From the NCBI GenBank assembly GCA_032718475.1, contig JAUCBJ010009029.1, positions 1 to 40,557 of the forward strand: a DNA stretch of 40,557 nt. Direction: 5' to 3'. This stretch comes from Nemertoderma westbladi (taxonomy: Eukaryota; Animalia; Xenacoelomorpha). Below the pieces are notes generated by a model. The model did no database searches. It was not told the origin of the DNA and saw only the letters and a program-made list of their open reading frames with translations. How positions within the stretch are numbered: position 1 is the first letter of the stretch; each line of letters starts with the position of its first letter. Shown here piece by piece: positions 1-10,709 of this stretch. The translations under genes and the position numbers were made by a program.

Positions 1-146
1 TAGTAAAGGACACTGGCCTTAAAGATGCGGATGATCTAGCAAATGTCATGGGTGATAGGGAGTTGTGGCGGTGCAATTTTGTTGACAAGCCGGCACAGCA
101 TTCTTAAAAATGCAGCTGCAATGCAGCATGCCGATCCTAGTAGTAG
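1..146 (+). mobile_element. 3' end of RTE-clade LINE (family A) with (TAG)n tail
   Basis: Reverse complement of about 8978-9125; encodes KDTGLKDADDLANVMGDRELWRCNFVDKPAQHS*, then ...gcatgccgatcc-tagtagtag. Cut by the window start. Confidence 0.85.
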
Positions 147-574
147 GGTGGCGCCTTTATTCAAAATATCTTATAACTTTCTTCTAACTATTGGGACGGA
201 AAAATGGAGTTCATAGGGCAGGAAATATGGCAGGAAATATTCGAATTAATTTTTGTCGAGTGAACAAACTAATTATTTTAGTTTCTATTAAATTTTTTCA
301 AATTAATTTTTGCTGTGGAGTGGACTAACTTACTTTATCGTACCAAAAATATTATTCTTACAGTATTGTACTTTAGTAGATTAGCACTTTAGTAATAATG
401 TACTTACACTAAAGCGGGATTTTTAATAATGTGCAGTGTATGCGTTTCTGTATTCCTGTCAATACAAAATACAATAGCCTGATGACGAACTTTTTTTATC
501 TTTTCTCCTCATGTTCTGTTTAACAACTACTTACGATAATTTGAAATTGATTATGGTTCTCAGACCACTTAAAC

Positions 575-1132
575 TTATTTAATGATTTTCACATACCTGA
601 TACTATTTTGGCAATGACCCCATTTTCCTAAATCAGGACAATGAAAAGGATTTGGATAATTGATGTAAACAAATGGGTTTTCTCCATAATTATCACGGTT
701 ATAATAATTACGTTGACCTATTATGCCATAATTATTTGTATTCATTGATACAGGCATACATGGCAAAATTCTTTTCGGCATCCTTTTATCGTCATAATTA
801 TAATTTAGCGGTGCTAATCCACCGATATGTATATATTCAACATCTTCATTATCTTCAAATATTATATAATGTGCGTCCCGAACTTCATTTCTTTTATTAC
901 TATCGGAGAGAAGCCAACCCCATCTATTAGTATACCATGAACTAGAATAATGGTACCAATCACGGTGAAACCATGAACCTTCCATATCGATATTGTAACC
1001 TTGACCATAACATCTACCACCAGACACCGAAGCTGTGGTTGGGACAAATCGTATCTTGTCTGGAATTAGCCCTGTGTTGTAACAACCCCAGATCTGTGAA
1101 TCGCGAATTAAGTGCCTGAAATCTCTTTTCAA
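575..1132 (-). pseudogene. Orphan 185-aa reading frame, possible host exon or pseudogene remnant
   Basis: Long open frame in AT-rich DNA with protein-like composition (Trp/Tyr/Gly/Asn rich). It has no ATG start and an in-frame TGA just upstream. No TE motif recognised. Confidence 0.4.
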
Positions 1133-2446
1133 ACTTTCTAGTCATATCTGCTCTAAAATTGTAGTTAGTTTGACTATGTAAGTCCTACGAAGTTTACCTT
1201 AGCAATATAAACCAGAATTGGTGGTCAATATTTTGTAAATAGAAAAATGTAAATTGTGTATCTATAATATGATTCACAATGATGGATTCCCCCCCCCCCC
1301 CCCCCCCCTACTGATCTCGGTTATTTGTGAATTGATTTTTTTGGAAATTTTCAAAACCTTAGTAGTTACACCATGTTGACACTTTTCGCACAGCGTACCA
1401 AAAAAAATTTTGTACCATGCTTATTGCAGCTCTATATGTTTGAATGTTTTATGAAAATTGGTCAAACCGTACACTAACATATTACGAAAATGGATCTGAA
1501 GAAAATTCTTGAAAAATTTTTCGGATTGACACTAATTATGACATATGATAATTATTAATTATTGACATTAATTATTATTGCATGCATATTTTTGAAATTT
1601 GTTCGAAAATTCTAAGTATTTACATGCAAATACACTTTTGTATACAATACAAACACGCTGATTCCAAATTCTTTGTCTATTTTTTCACTGCAATTCAAGT
1701 TCTTCTGCAATAGCGAAATCTATTTTTTCGCATTTTACTCTACTTGCACTTTTCGTGCTATTGTGGTGTTAGTTAAAAATTCAGAATTTTGAAATATAAT
1801 TATACACAATCTTGTTACAAATGTGTTCAGCGTTCAAAATAACCCAATATCCCGATATATACGACATTGGATATAAGTTAACTGAAGTTTATTATTTAAG
1901 TTAATTATATTTAATTAGTTTATTTGAAAATTATATATTTGAAATGTTCTAGTAGGGGATCTTTTCATGTTCGAGCCATTTTTGTTAACAACAGCGTCTT
2001 ATAATTGTCACCAATAAAATCAATATTTTCAATCAAGCATTTCAATATTGAGAGATATCCTGCACACCAATGTACACGCCACCAATGTACACCTGTATAC
2101 GCTACCAAAATGTAGATCAACAAGTACAAATAATAGGCAAAATAGCAACGTCTAAGGGAAAATAAGTACCAACAAACTAGTGTGAAATAAGTGTGAAAGC
2201 TAAGCATTCTAATCTCTATTTACCAACGGAATAATTGGTTAAATAACAACGAAACAACGTGTTTCCCTGGAAACATAGATAGAACGTATACAACTCTGAA
2301 TGCAACCGCTTTGTACAGCTTGCATTGCAGAAGCAAAACTGTTATCATGGACAGACAAAACAGTGTACTGAATCTTTTTTCAAAGGTTAAACCAACCGTT
2401 CCAGAGAACTCTAGTTTCCATGGGAATAGAAGTTAGAAGTAGAGTC

Positions 2447-2731
2447 TTGGGCGGCTTTGCGACAGTTAAGACCACACTAACTGCACACTTCTGGGTGACA
2501 CCCAATGACACCCTGTGGGTGTCATTGGGTGTCATTGGCGCCAGACTGTCTGGGTGACACCTCCAAATTAGGCTAATTAGACCCTAATTGACCGGTGTCA
2601 TCAATTAATTAGTACAATTAAACCCTAATAGGTGTCTTACGACTCCTAATTAGGGTTTAATTGATTATCCTAATTAATCAATCCGATACGCAATGTTGTC
2701 AGTGTTTTCTAACTGTCGCAAAGAGGCCCAA
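2447..2731. mobile_element. MITE, about 285 bp, with terminal inverted repeats and internal hairpins
   Basis: ttgggcggctttgcgacagtta (2447-2468) vs taactgtcgcaaagaggcccaa (2710-2731) is a 20/22 inverted match. Internal 18-bp perfect stem tgacacccaatgacaccc/gggtgtcattgggtgtca. Confidence 0.75.
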
Positions 2732-2753
2732 AGGGTGTCATACGTGACACCGT

Positions 2754-3213
2754 GGCTCTTTTATTTAATAATACTTATTTATTTGTATTTAATTTTAATT
2801 TATTTAATTGTATTTATTTTACTTTATTTATTTGTATTTAATTTTAGATTTGCCAATAATTAGTTTTATATATTGGTGTTCTAAATGACCTCATTGACTT
2901 TCATCTCGTTATACTTAGCCCTAGGGTTTATAGCTCCCTTACTGGTAACTAATTACTCTTATCTATAACCAGACAGCTTTATCGTTTACATTTGACCCCC
3001 AATTAGCTTTAACCAAGCAACAGCTTATTAATAATAGTTGGATCCAAGCCCCCCAAGGCTCTTTTATTTATTAATACTTAATTATTTTTATTTATTTTTA
3101 CTTTATTTATTTGTATTTTATTTAACTTTATTTATTTGTATTTGTAATTGTATTACAAACAATGCAGCGTTATTTGGCCCTAGGGTATACAGCTCCCTTA
3201 CTGGTAACTATTT
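2754..3213 (+). repeat. Degenerate AT-rich tandem duplication (about 260-300 bp period)
   Basis: ggctcttttattta...tttattt tract followed by gccctagggt.ta.agctcccttactggtaacta occurs twice (about 2754-2951 and 3057-3210). Confidence 0.65.
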
Positions 3214-3848
3214 TGGAGTTAATGTTAGCGAAGGGCCTAAACTTAAGACAAGACATGCCACCAATCGCCTAGGTTACCAGATACGCATGAATGATCATGT
3301 TATCGGGGGCCCTCTTAAAATTCTTTGTGCTGCGTCAGGATTGCCTCATTTAAGGAAGCTGCATCCCTCCCACTTATCGATAATCTAATTATGATATCGC
3401 TAATCATTTTCAGTATACTGTATAATTAAATAAGGCCCTCTTTTAATACATAAGTTTATATAGTTTATCTATAGTTATTTAATTTGTTTTTATTTACAAC
3501 CCTAATTGTGTGGCAAATTCTGTATAATGCAACATTAACTATCTTAATTAGTAATTTATTCTAATTAGCCCTTTGACAATATCACACCATAACTCATTGT
3601 ATACAGTCCTATTCCAACAGTAGAATGTGCGTTGTTTGTACTTTAGTTAGTAATACGTTCAGCTGTAGTAAGTGAATGTAGTAAATTGGTTATATATTAG
3701 ACTTGAATCAAGATTTGTCCGCGTTACATATTTATTCATTATATTAGTATTGTATTAAAAAAACGCCCCATTTTTGTTTATTTGAAACTTTCTGTCTTTA
3801 TGACAAACTCATTTGACTTTGGTCAAACCAATTTACGCATTATGGCGC

Positions 3849-4095
3849 TCAATAAGGGGATAAAATAAATGTGGAATCATATAATCTTGCGCCTAATTGT
3901 AATACAGAACGTTTAGTGACCTTTAATTGTTTAACATAATTGTACACTGATGTGACGTCATAACCTAATGTATCATCTTCTAAATGCCATACTTGGCATA
4001 ATACCCTGGTTGTATTATTTGTTTGGTTTAGAGACAGACCTAGTCTAGACTTAGTGTATGTTTGTGTATCCTCAACAATTTGTATAGGTTTATTT
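3849..4095 (-). mobile_element. BEL/Pao pol remnant, piece 3 (start of the RNase H / Peptidase_A17 region)
   Basis: RVLCQVWHLEDDTLGY...VTKRSVLQLGARLYDSTFILSP fits the BEL motif KVLGxxWxxxxDxL...TKRxxLSxxAxxYDPxGxxSP. It joins 5414-5752 in frame once 4096-5413 and one TSD copy are removed. Confidence 0.8.
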
Positions 4096-5413
4096 GGATC
4101 TAGGAAACTCCCCCCCCCCCCCCCCCCCCCCCCGGACACTTCCCCCCCCCGGACACTTGCCCCCTGGACACTTCCCCCCCCCCCCCCCCCCCCAGTTAAA
4201 GTGTTAAAATTAATCTGGGTGCATCAAAGCAGTACACAAAAGTTAAAGATGGTAACAGGACAAGTTGTATCTTGACAAGTTTTATCAAAATTATAAAAGA
4301 AACATTTTTATAGTCAAATTTTGTTTGTTTTCTTTTAATTCCTTTAATTCTTTTAATTTGTTTTAATTGGGGGCTGCCGCCCCCAAACCCCCGCTCCTTT
4401 TGTTGGGGGCTACCGCCCCCAAACCCCCGCTTCTTTTCTTGGAGGCTGTCGACCCCAAACCCCCGCTTCTTTTCTTGGGGGCTGCCGCCCCCAAACCCCC
4501 GCTTCTTTTCTTGGGGGTTATCGCCCCCAGACCCCGGCATTTCCCTGAGTGCCAGTGGTGAAAGACTTAAGACCACTTTGAAATAATTAATTCATGTTTG
4601 TATCATCAGATAATAAATTGACTAAGCCTAAAGTAGGAGCTGTATTGAATGTTAACCAATTTAATATAACAATTACTACAATATTATATACTTCAACAAA
4701 ATCCAATTAAAAATATTGCAAGTAACCAGGAAATTTAATATGTAGTGTGTATAATATCTATATAGTATGTATAGTAGTAAAATGTATATTATCAATATGT
4801 AATGCTGAACACATAATACAGGTCGACGCATGTCGATTTTACCCTCGAGAGGTATAATTTTGATTGCAACAATAATATTTATTCCCATCTGCTACAATTT
4901 CAAGAAGATTATTACATAATAATACCTATAATTAAAACAATTAATTATTATAATTCTATAGTTAATAAAAACAGTATATCATTCCGGGGATGGAATTTAT
5001 AGGTCATCTAATTAATTGTTTAAAGATTAGCAAACAATACGATGTAATTGCATTGATAAAACCCATAAATAAAACTTGGATACAAAATGTAAAATCGGGA
5101 TGCAAAAGATCACTTTCTGAGCTACGAAAGGAAAATTGGATACAACTTATCTGGATATAAGCGGTCCGTTTACCTTACAAAATGAAAAATACGAATGTGC
5201 GAAGTTAAGAACAGTCGGGGGGGGGAAGTGTCCGGGGGGGAAGTGTCCGGGGGGGAAGTGTCCGGGGGGGAAGTTTCCTACTTGAGCGGGAGGAAGTGTC
5301 CGCGGGGGGGAAGTGTCTGGGGGGGAAGTGTCCGGGGTGAAGTGTCTTACTTGAGCGGGGGAAAACTGTCTGGGGAGAAAGTGTCCGGGGGGGGGGGGGA
5401 GTGTCCGAACACC
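4096..5413. mobile_element. Non-autonomous DNA transposon with G/C-tract subterminal repeats and an 8-9-bp TSD
   Basis: TSD GTTTATTT(G) at 4088-4095 and 5414-5421. Left end has (ccggacacttcccc)n and right end has the inverted (ggggaagtgtccgg)n. Termini are GGATCTAGGAAACTCCCC and, reverse-complemented, GGTGTTCGGACACTCCCC. Confidence 0.8.
4367..4540 (+). repeat. About 36-bp hairpin minisatellite, about 5 copies
   Basis: Unit ttgggggctgccgcccccaaacccccgcttcttttc, with an 8-bp stem ttgggggc/gcccccaa. Confidence 0.85.
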
Positions 5414-5752
5414 GTTTATTTGATTGTTTATCACATGTTTTGTCAGTAGTTGTGATCAAGTCGACTTGTGTTGCTTAATCAAATAAACGCTGAAGTTCGA
5501 CATTGTTAGTCTTCCAACGACGAATTTTAAGGTGAGCACGGTCTAATATTTCAGTGCATGATTTTTGCAATTGGATGCCTTCCGTGACTGTGTGTACTCC
5601 TGTGCATAAATCATCTACAACTAGATCAGCTAATTTCTTTATTGCAATCAAATTAACTGGTGATGCAATAACACTTTCTGATTTTAAGTGTTCTTTTATT
5701 ATTGTTCCTAAAATCCCGCGTGATAAGGTTAAGCCAAAGAGCGCCTTCGTAT
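5414..5752 (-). mobile_element. BEL/Pao pol remnant, piece 2 (RT C-terminal part)
   Basis: Minus strand reads TKALFGLTLS...LVVDDLCTGVHTVTEGIQLQKSCTEILDRAHLKIRRWKTN, the BEL YVDD...F/LxLxKWxSN segment. Confidence 0.8.
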
Positions 5753-8588
5753 GCAGGAGTGAGGCCTACATCCGGGGCAAATGAGCGCGCTGACAAAAAC
5801 TACGCCAGTGCAGCTTCACAACCACGACTTCCCGGAGCACGAGGTTATGGAGTAGATTGTGTAAATAGCGATGACTCATTCATCACTGCTGGTCCTCGTG
5901 GGCGCCCAATCAACCAACTACGTGATACAACGTGTCAGGGTGTCAACGCAGATATGGCAAAAACCAGGCCTAGCTTGCGTAAACGTAAACCGTTTATAAC
6001 AGGCACAGGTTTGGCTACTGAGAACGAGGGTTTCAAGACAGTTGCCCAATCGCGATATCTGTTCGTTACTGGAGGTGAACCTGGAGTACCTGCTTCTGCA
6101 GTGAAAGACTATGTAAAATGTAAGATGGACATCGATGTTCATTGCGAGAAGATGACAAAGGAAGACTGCACTACCCATTCTTCATTCCTTGTTAAATATC
6201 TAGAGTCTGAGAAAGATCTATTTCTCGAACCGTCCAACTGGCCGAAAGACAGTCGGATTCGCAAAGGATGGGTAAACCGTCATAGACAGTTCCTGGAGAA
6301 GCGCAGAAACTCTGGGGAGTTTGGGGGGGAGTCTGGTTGTCTGCCTGTCTTTGTAGACACTCTGGGGTCGCTAACTCTCAGTCAGATGCACCATAGTGAA
6401 ACCGGGGGTATCCATGCCCGTGCGTTAGCTACCGGTCCTAATCAAACCGCGTCAGTCTCAGATGTGATTAATGGTACCGACAGCTAATTATTCGTACTGG
6501 TACTGTATTTACAAGTTATTACAGTATGTTATATTTAAATGATTTTTCAATTTATTTATTTTCTATATATTAAGACATTTTCATATATACAAAATGTGCA
6601 ATGGCGTTGATTAATAAACTCAGAGTATCATCTCACAATTGCAATTCAGTGAGTACACTTTTGTCTAGGATAGCTATTAAAGACTTGTGTGATAAATCTG
6701 ACATAATATTTTTGTAGGAGCATCTTCTGCCTCAGCAGGAGCTTAGCTACCTATCATCGATAGATAAGCGAATTATTCCTTACAGTAAATCGCCTGTCGA
6801 TATATCTTCCAAGATTTTAGTGGGTCGGCCGAATTGCGGTCTAGCTGCTCTGGTTCGCCAAGACATATTACAATACGTACACTATGATAAATCGGTTGAT
6901 GATGATAGAATATTAGCATTAAATGTCAATCAAAGTGATGGTTCTAATTTACTGCTGCTTAGTGTTTATTTACCATATTTTAAAACCACGATTTATTTAT
7001 AGAATATTTAGGGAAACTCGAAGCCCTCATTGATGCGTCGGGAACTAATAAAGTTTGTATAATTGGAGATTTCAATGCAGATCTACCAAAACCATTTTAC
7101 ACTGAACTCAGTGATTGGTGTGAGGCAAATGATTTACATATATCGGATGTAAAAAGATTGCCTCCAAACACGTTTACATTTGTAAGTGCTGCCCACAGCA
7201 GTAAATCGTGGTTAGATCATATAGTATGTACCTCATCTGTTGAAACTGTTGCTGTGTTATACGATTTAGTACAGGACGATCACATGCCATTATTTGTTGA
7301 GTTGGGCGTTTCACTTAGCGCGTGCTCCAGTGATGATTCAGGATCAAATTCGTGTCAGGCTCCAGTTGTTGGGCAACCAAACTAAAACCGGGCAAAACAA
7401 TCCGACATCGCTGCATACTGCGCTGAGTTAGACAATCAGTTGAAGAACATAGATATACCTAGTGCTTTGAATTATACTGATTGTAAATGCACGGATCATA
7501 GAGACTACTTAGATACTTTTTGGTCCTCTAACACTGGCGTCTTTACAGCAGCTGCTGATAATACCATACCCAGTGGTAAACCAGCCAATAATGATAAAGA
7601 GTTCAATGTGCCTGGATGGAACGACTCCGTTAAGGAGAAATATCAATTGTCACGCTCTGCTTTTTTAGCTTGGCGCAAGGCCGGCTCGCCCAAGCAGGGA
7701 GAGATACATAGGAAATATTTGGCAGTGCGTGCTGTTTTTAAGTGAGCTTTTCGAATTTGTAAACGTTCAGAAGCAAAATACAAGGCTGAAAAACTAGCCG
7801 ATTCGGTGCTACATAAAGATTTCAAAACTTTTTGAAATAATTTTAATAAATCCAGTAAAATTTCAATCCCACCACCAAAAGTTGTGGATGGGGCAGTGGG
7901 GGAAGATAATATTGGCGAATTATTTAAAAACGATTACGAGGAGCTCTTAAATTGTAATAAAGAAAAGCCCAATTTTAGTAATATAAAGGTTGATGATATT
8001 ATTAGAGATGTTATTTTTTCAAAGGATATGATAATATATCCCTCGGAAATAAATTGTGCTATTTTGAATTTAAAATTAGGAAAAACTGCTGGCCCAGACA
8101 GCATATCAGCTGAACATTTAGTTTACGCTAATAGTTCTAGACTACATGTTATTTTATCATTGTTCTTAACCTCGCTAATTGTTCATGGATATTTACCTAG
8201 TTCGATTATTGAATGTATTATTGTACCTATACTAAAGGATAGAAATGATCCTATTGATATTAAATCTAATTACCGACCGGTTGCTATTGCAACAATTTTT
8301 AGTAAAGTTTTTAAATATGTTACTCTTTCTCTTATACAATCTTGCCTTATATGTAGTGATTTTCAGTTTAGTTTCAAAAAGAACTCAGGTACCGAATTAG
8401 CCATACATACTTTGCAAGAAATTATTGATTATTATTTGGACAATGATTCACCAATTTATATTTTATTCATAGATACATCAAATGCGTTTGACCGTATTGA
8501 ACATGATAAATTATTTTTGATACTGATTGATAAAAAAGTGCCGATATATTTGGTCAGAATCTTTGCATACTGGTATAGAAATCATAGT
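5753..8588 (+). mobile_element. 5'- and 3'-truncated two-ORF APE-type LINE, related to 33931-38384
   Basis: ORF1 C-terminal part (LFVTG...SSF...WPKDSRIR, to 6487). Decayed ORF2 from 6601: SHNCNS, VYLP, GDFNA, SWLDHI, PGWND, GPDSI, NYRPVA, FDRI. It breaks off at WYRNHS, before the QG and YADD motifs. Confidence 0.85.
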
Positions 8589-8977
8589 ACTGTTTGTACT
8601 CCTGTGCATAAATCATCTACAACTGGATCAGCTAATTTCTTTATTGCAATCAAATCAACTGGTGATGCAATAACAATTTCTGATTTTAAGTGTTCTTTTA
8701 TTATTGTTCCTAAAATCCCGGGAGATGAGGTTAAGCCAAAGAGCGCCTTCGTATATCGATATGCTTGAATTTTGGGAGTGTCTGGGTTAATGTCCTCACA
8801 ATCTGAAACCCATAAAATCCTCAAAACGTCTATATCATGAGGTTCAATTTGGCATTGTAGGAAAGCTTGCTGTATGTCGGCTGTAACACCAAAAGAATAC
8901 AATCGAAATCTTAGTAATGTGTCACGTAAATTTGGCATGAAATTAGGACCTGTCTTTAAACAATCATTCAATGACAG
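8589..8977 (-). mobile_element. BEL/Pao pol remnant, piece 1 (RT core)
   Basis: SLNDCLKTGPN...LLRFR...ADIQQAFLQ...LRILW...FGLTSSP...VVDD, diagnostic BEL/Pao RT motifs. Confidence 0.92.
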
Positions 8978-10052
8978 ACTACTACTACTAGGATCGGCAT
9001 GCTGCATTGCAGCTGCATTTTTAAGAATGCTGTGCCGGCTTGTCAACAAAATTGCACCGCCACAACTCCCTATCACCCATGACATTTGCTAGATGATCCG
9101 CATCTTCAAGGCCAGTGTCCTTTAAGATGCGTCTCAAGAAAGTCATGGGCTGTCCACCATGCTTTTTCACTCCATGAGGCTGCCAAAGTACAAGATTATG
9201 CACTGGCTGGTCCTCACGGTGAAAGCAATGTCCTGCAAAGCAGAGGCGATTTTGTTCTAGTATCAAGCTTGGAGGAACCAATGAGACACCTCCAATGTTA
9301 TATAGCGTCTGGTTGGAGATGTGTGCATTGTACTTGACACAATGAACCCGGCGTAGCATTCTTGTGAATGTGCCATCCAGAGATTTGGTGTCCTCAGCAG
9401 TTAGAGCCCAGCATGGACTCCCGTAGAGGAGTACTGGAACTACTGCTGCTCTAAATAATCGGACCTTAAGTTTCCGATTAATCCTCGGTGACTTCCAAAT
9501 CCTGGAAAGCCTATTCAAGGCTGTCCATGCTTTTCACTTACGTATTCGAAGGTCCTCACCTGACTTCCGGATCCATGATCCCAGGTAACAGAAGTCGTCC
9601 ACATGCTCAAGCATACCATCCTTTGAGCTTATGCTCATCCGATCAGAGACTTGCTGAGGACTTTCAAAGTTAACTGTCAGAATTTTGGTCTTTCTTGAGT
9701 TAATAAAAAGACCAACACTAGAAGCAGCATGTTCTAATGAGCTGAGGAGCCGGTGGGCTCCCTCTAATGATTCTGAGAGTACTCCTATGTTATCAGCAAA
9801 GTCTAGATTAGTTAGGTACTTGGCAGGATTTCCTCGACTTCTGGAGCCAGTAGGTGGAGTTATCATCACCCCATCATCATTATGATGATCTAAGGACATG
9901 CGTAGAACATAGTCAACCACAATAATGAACAAGAATGGTGCAAGTGTGTCTCCTTGGAGGACTCTTCATAATACTTAGAATGGTTCTGTGTCACTGTCAA
10001 CAGTAGACACAAATGTTGTCAAACCATCGTATACTGATGGGATTGCTACAAT
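8978..10052 (-). mobile_element. 5'-truncated RTE-clade LINE (family A)
   Basis: VLQGDTLAPFLFIIVVDY, LDFADN, FCYLGS, LLYGS..W, RLCFAGHC. Frameshifted between ORFs 9534-9932 and 9021-9518. (CTA)n tail at 8978-8991. Confidence 0.92.
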
Positions 10053-10073
10053 TCAACTTATACTGTATTTGAA

Positions 10074-10409
10074 TTAATCATAGATTTTCATTTGTCCAAA
10101 AAATATGAATGAATATAAATCAAAAATATTATCACTTATTGTGTTTCCCAGAACAAAATTAAATTTTGAAAAATAATAGTTTGAGAATTCAGGCACCGTC
10201 ATCCATCCTCCATGTGGGCAAAGTAATGCATATAGTCCTTTTTCCAACTCAAAACGCCAAAGTCTATCCATGTTGTTGTTATTTAGCAATATTTTATTAT
10301 GGTGGGGGTCAATTTCTTTAAAAACATCATCATCATACAAAGGTACATCACACATGGTTGAACTACATATCACCAGTAATATTAAAGCTGGGTAATGCAT
10401 CATTGCCAT
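10074..10409 (-). CDS. Orphan 111-aa ORF with a signal-peptide-like N-terminus, possible host exon
   Basis: MAMMHYPALILLVICSSTMC hydrophobic start. A good splice acceptor (tttttcatattttcag) lies about 23 nt upstream of the ATG. Confidence 0.35.
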   Translation of the reverse strand: MAMMHYPALILLVICSSTMCDVPLYDDDVFKEIDPHHNKILLNNNNMDRLWRFELEKGLYALLCPHGGWMTVPEFSNYYFSKFNFVLGNTISDNIFDLYSFIFFGQMKIYD

Positions 10410-10660
10410 TTAGATCATAAAATTTCTCACCCTGAAAATATGAAAAATAATTAATAGCCATTTGATTATAAAAATAAAAAAATTAGTTAGTGGCGCACAC
10501 TGCACACTGCTCATTTATTTAATTAATGTTTTAAATTAAGCAATATTTATTATATATATATATTTCGAATTAATATTATAATTCATTGTCAATAAACACA
10601 CAAACTAACAGAAGATGTATTGAATATGAGATATGTAATCAGAATCGCATAATAAAAATA

Positions 10661-10709
10661 ATAGAATAATGTAGATAGAATAGAATAATAGAATAATAGA
10701 ATAATAGAA
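10661..10709 (+). repeat. (TAGAATAA)n microsatellite
   Basis: Visible tandem tagaataa units. Confidence 0.8.

Noticed and set aside
1289-1960. DNA transposon remnant starting at the C tract
   Set aside because: Its composition is suggestive, but no TIR pair or TSD could be identified.
4054-5459. Pro/Gly-rich ORFs (PPGHF, GGEVS, GFGGGSPQ repeats)
   Set aside because: Translations of G/C-tract and minisatellite DNA, open in several frames on both strands.
8582-9085. Novel fusion proteins (ORFs 8582-9085, 7884-8768, 5702-6487, 3849-4139)
   Set aside because: Chance read-through across TE insertion junctions.
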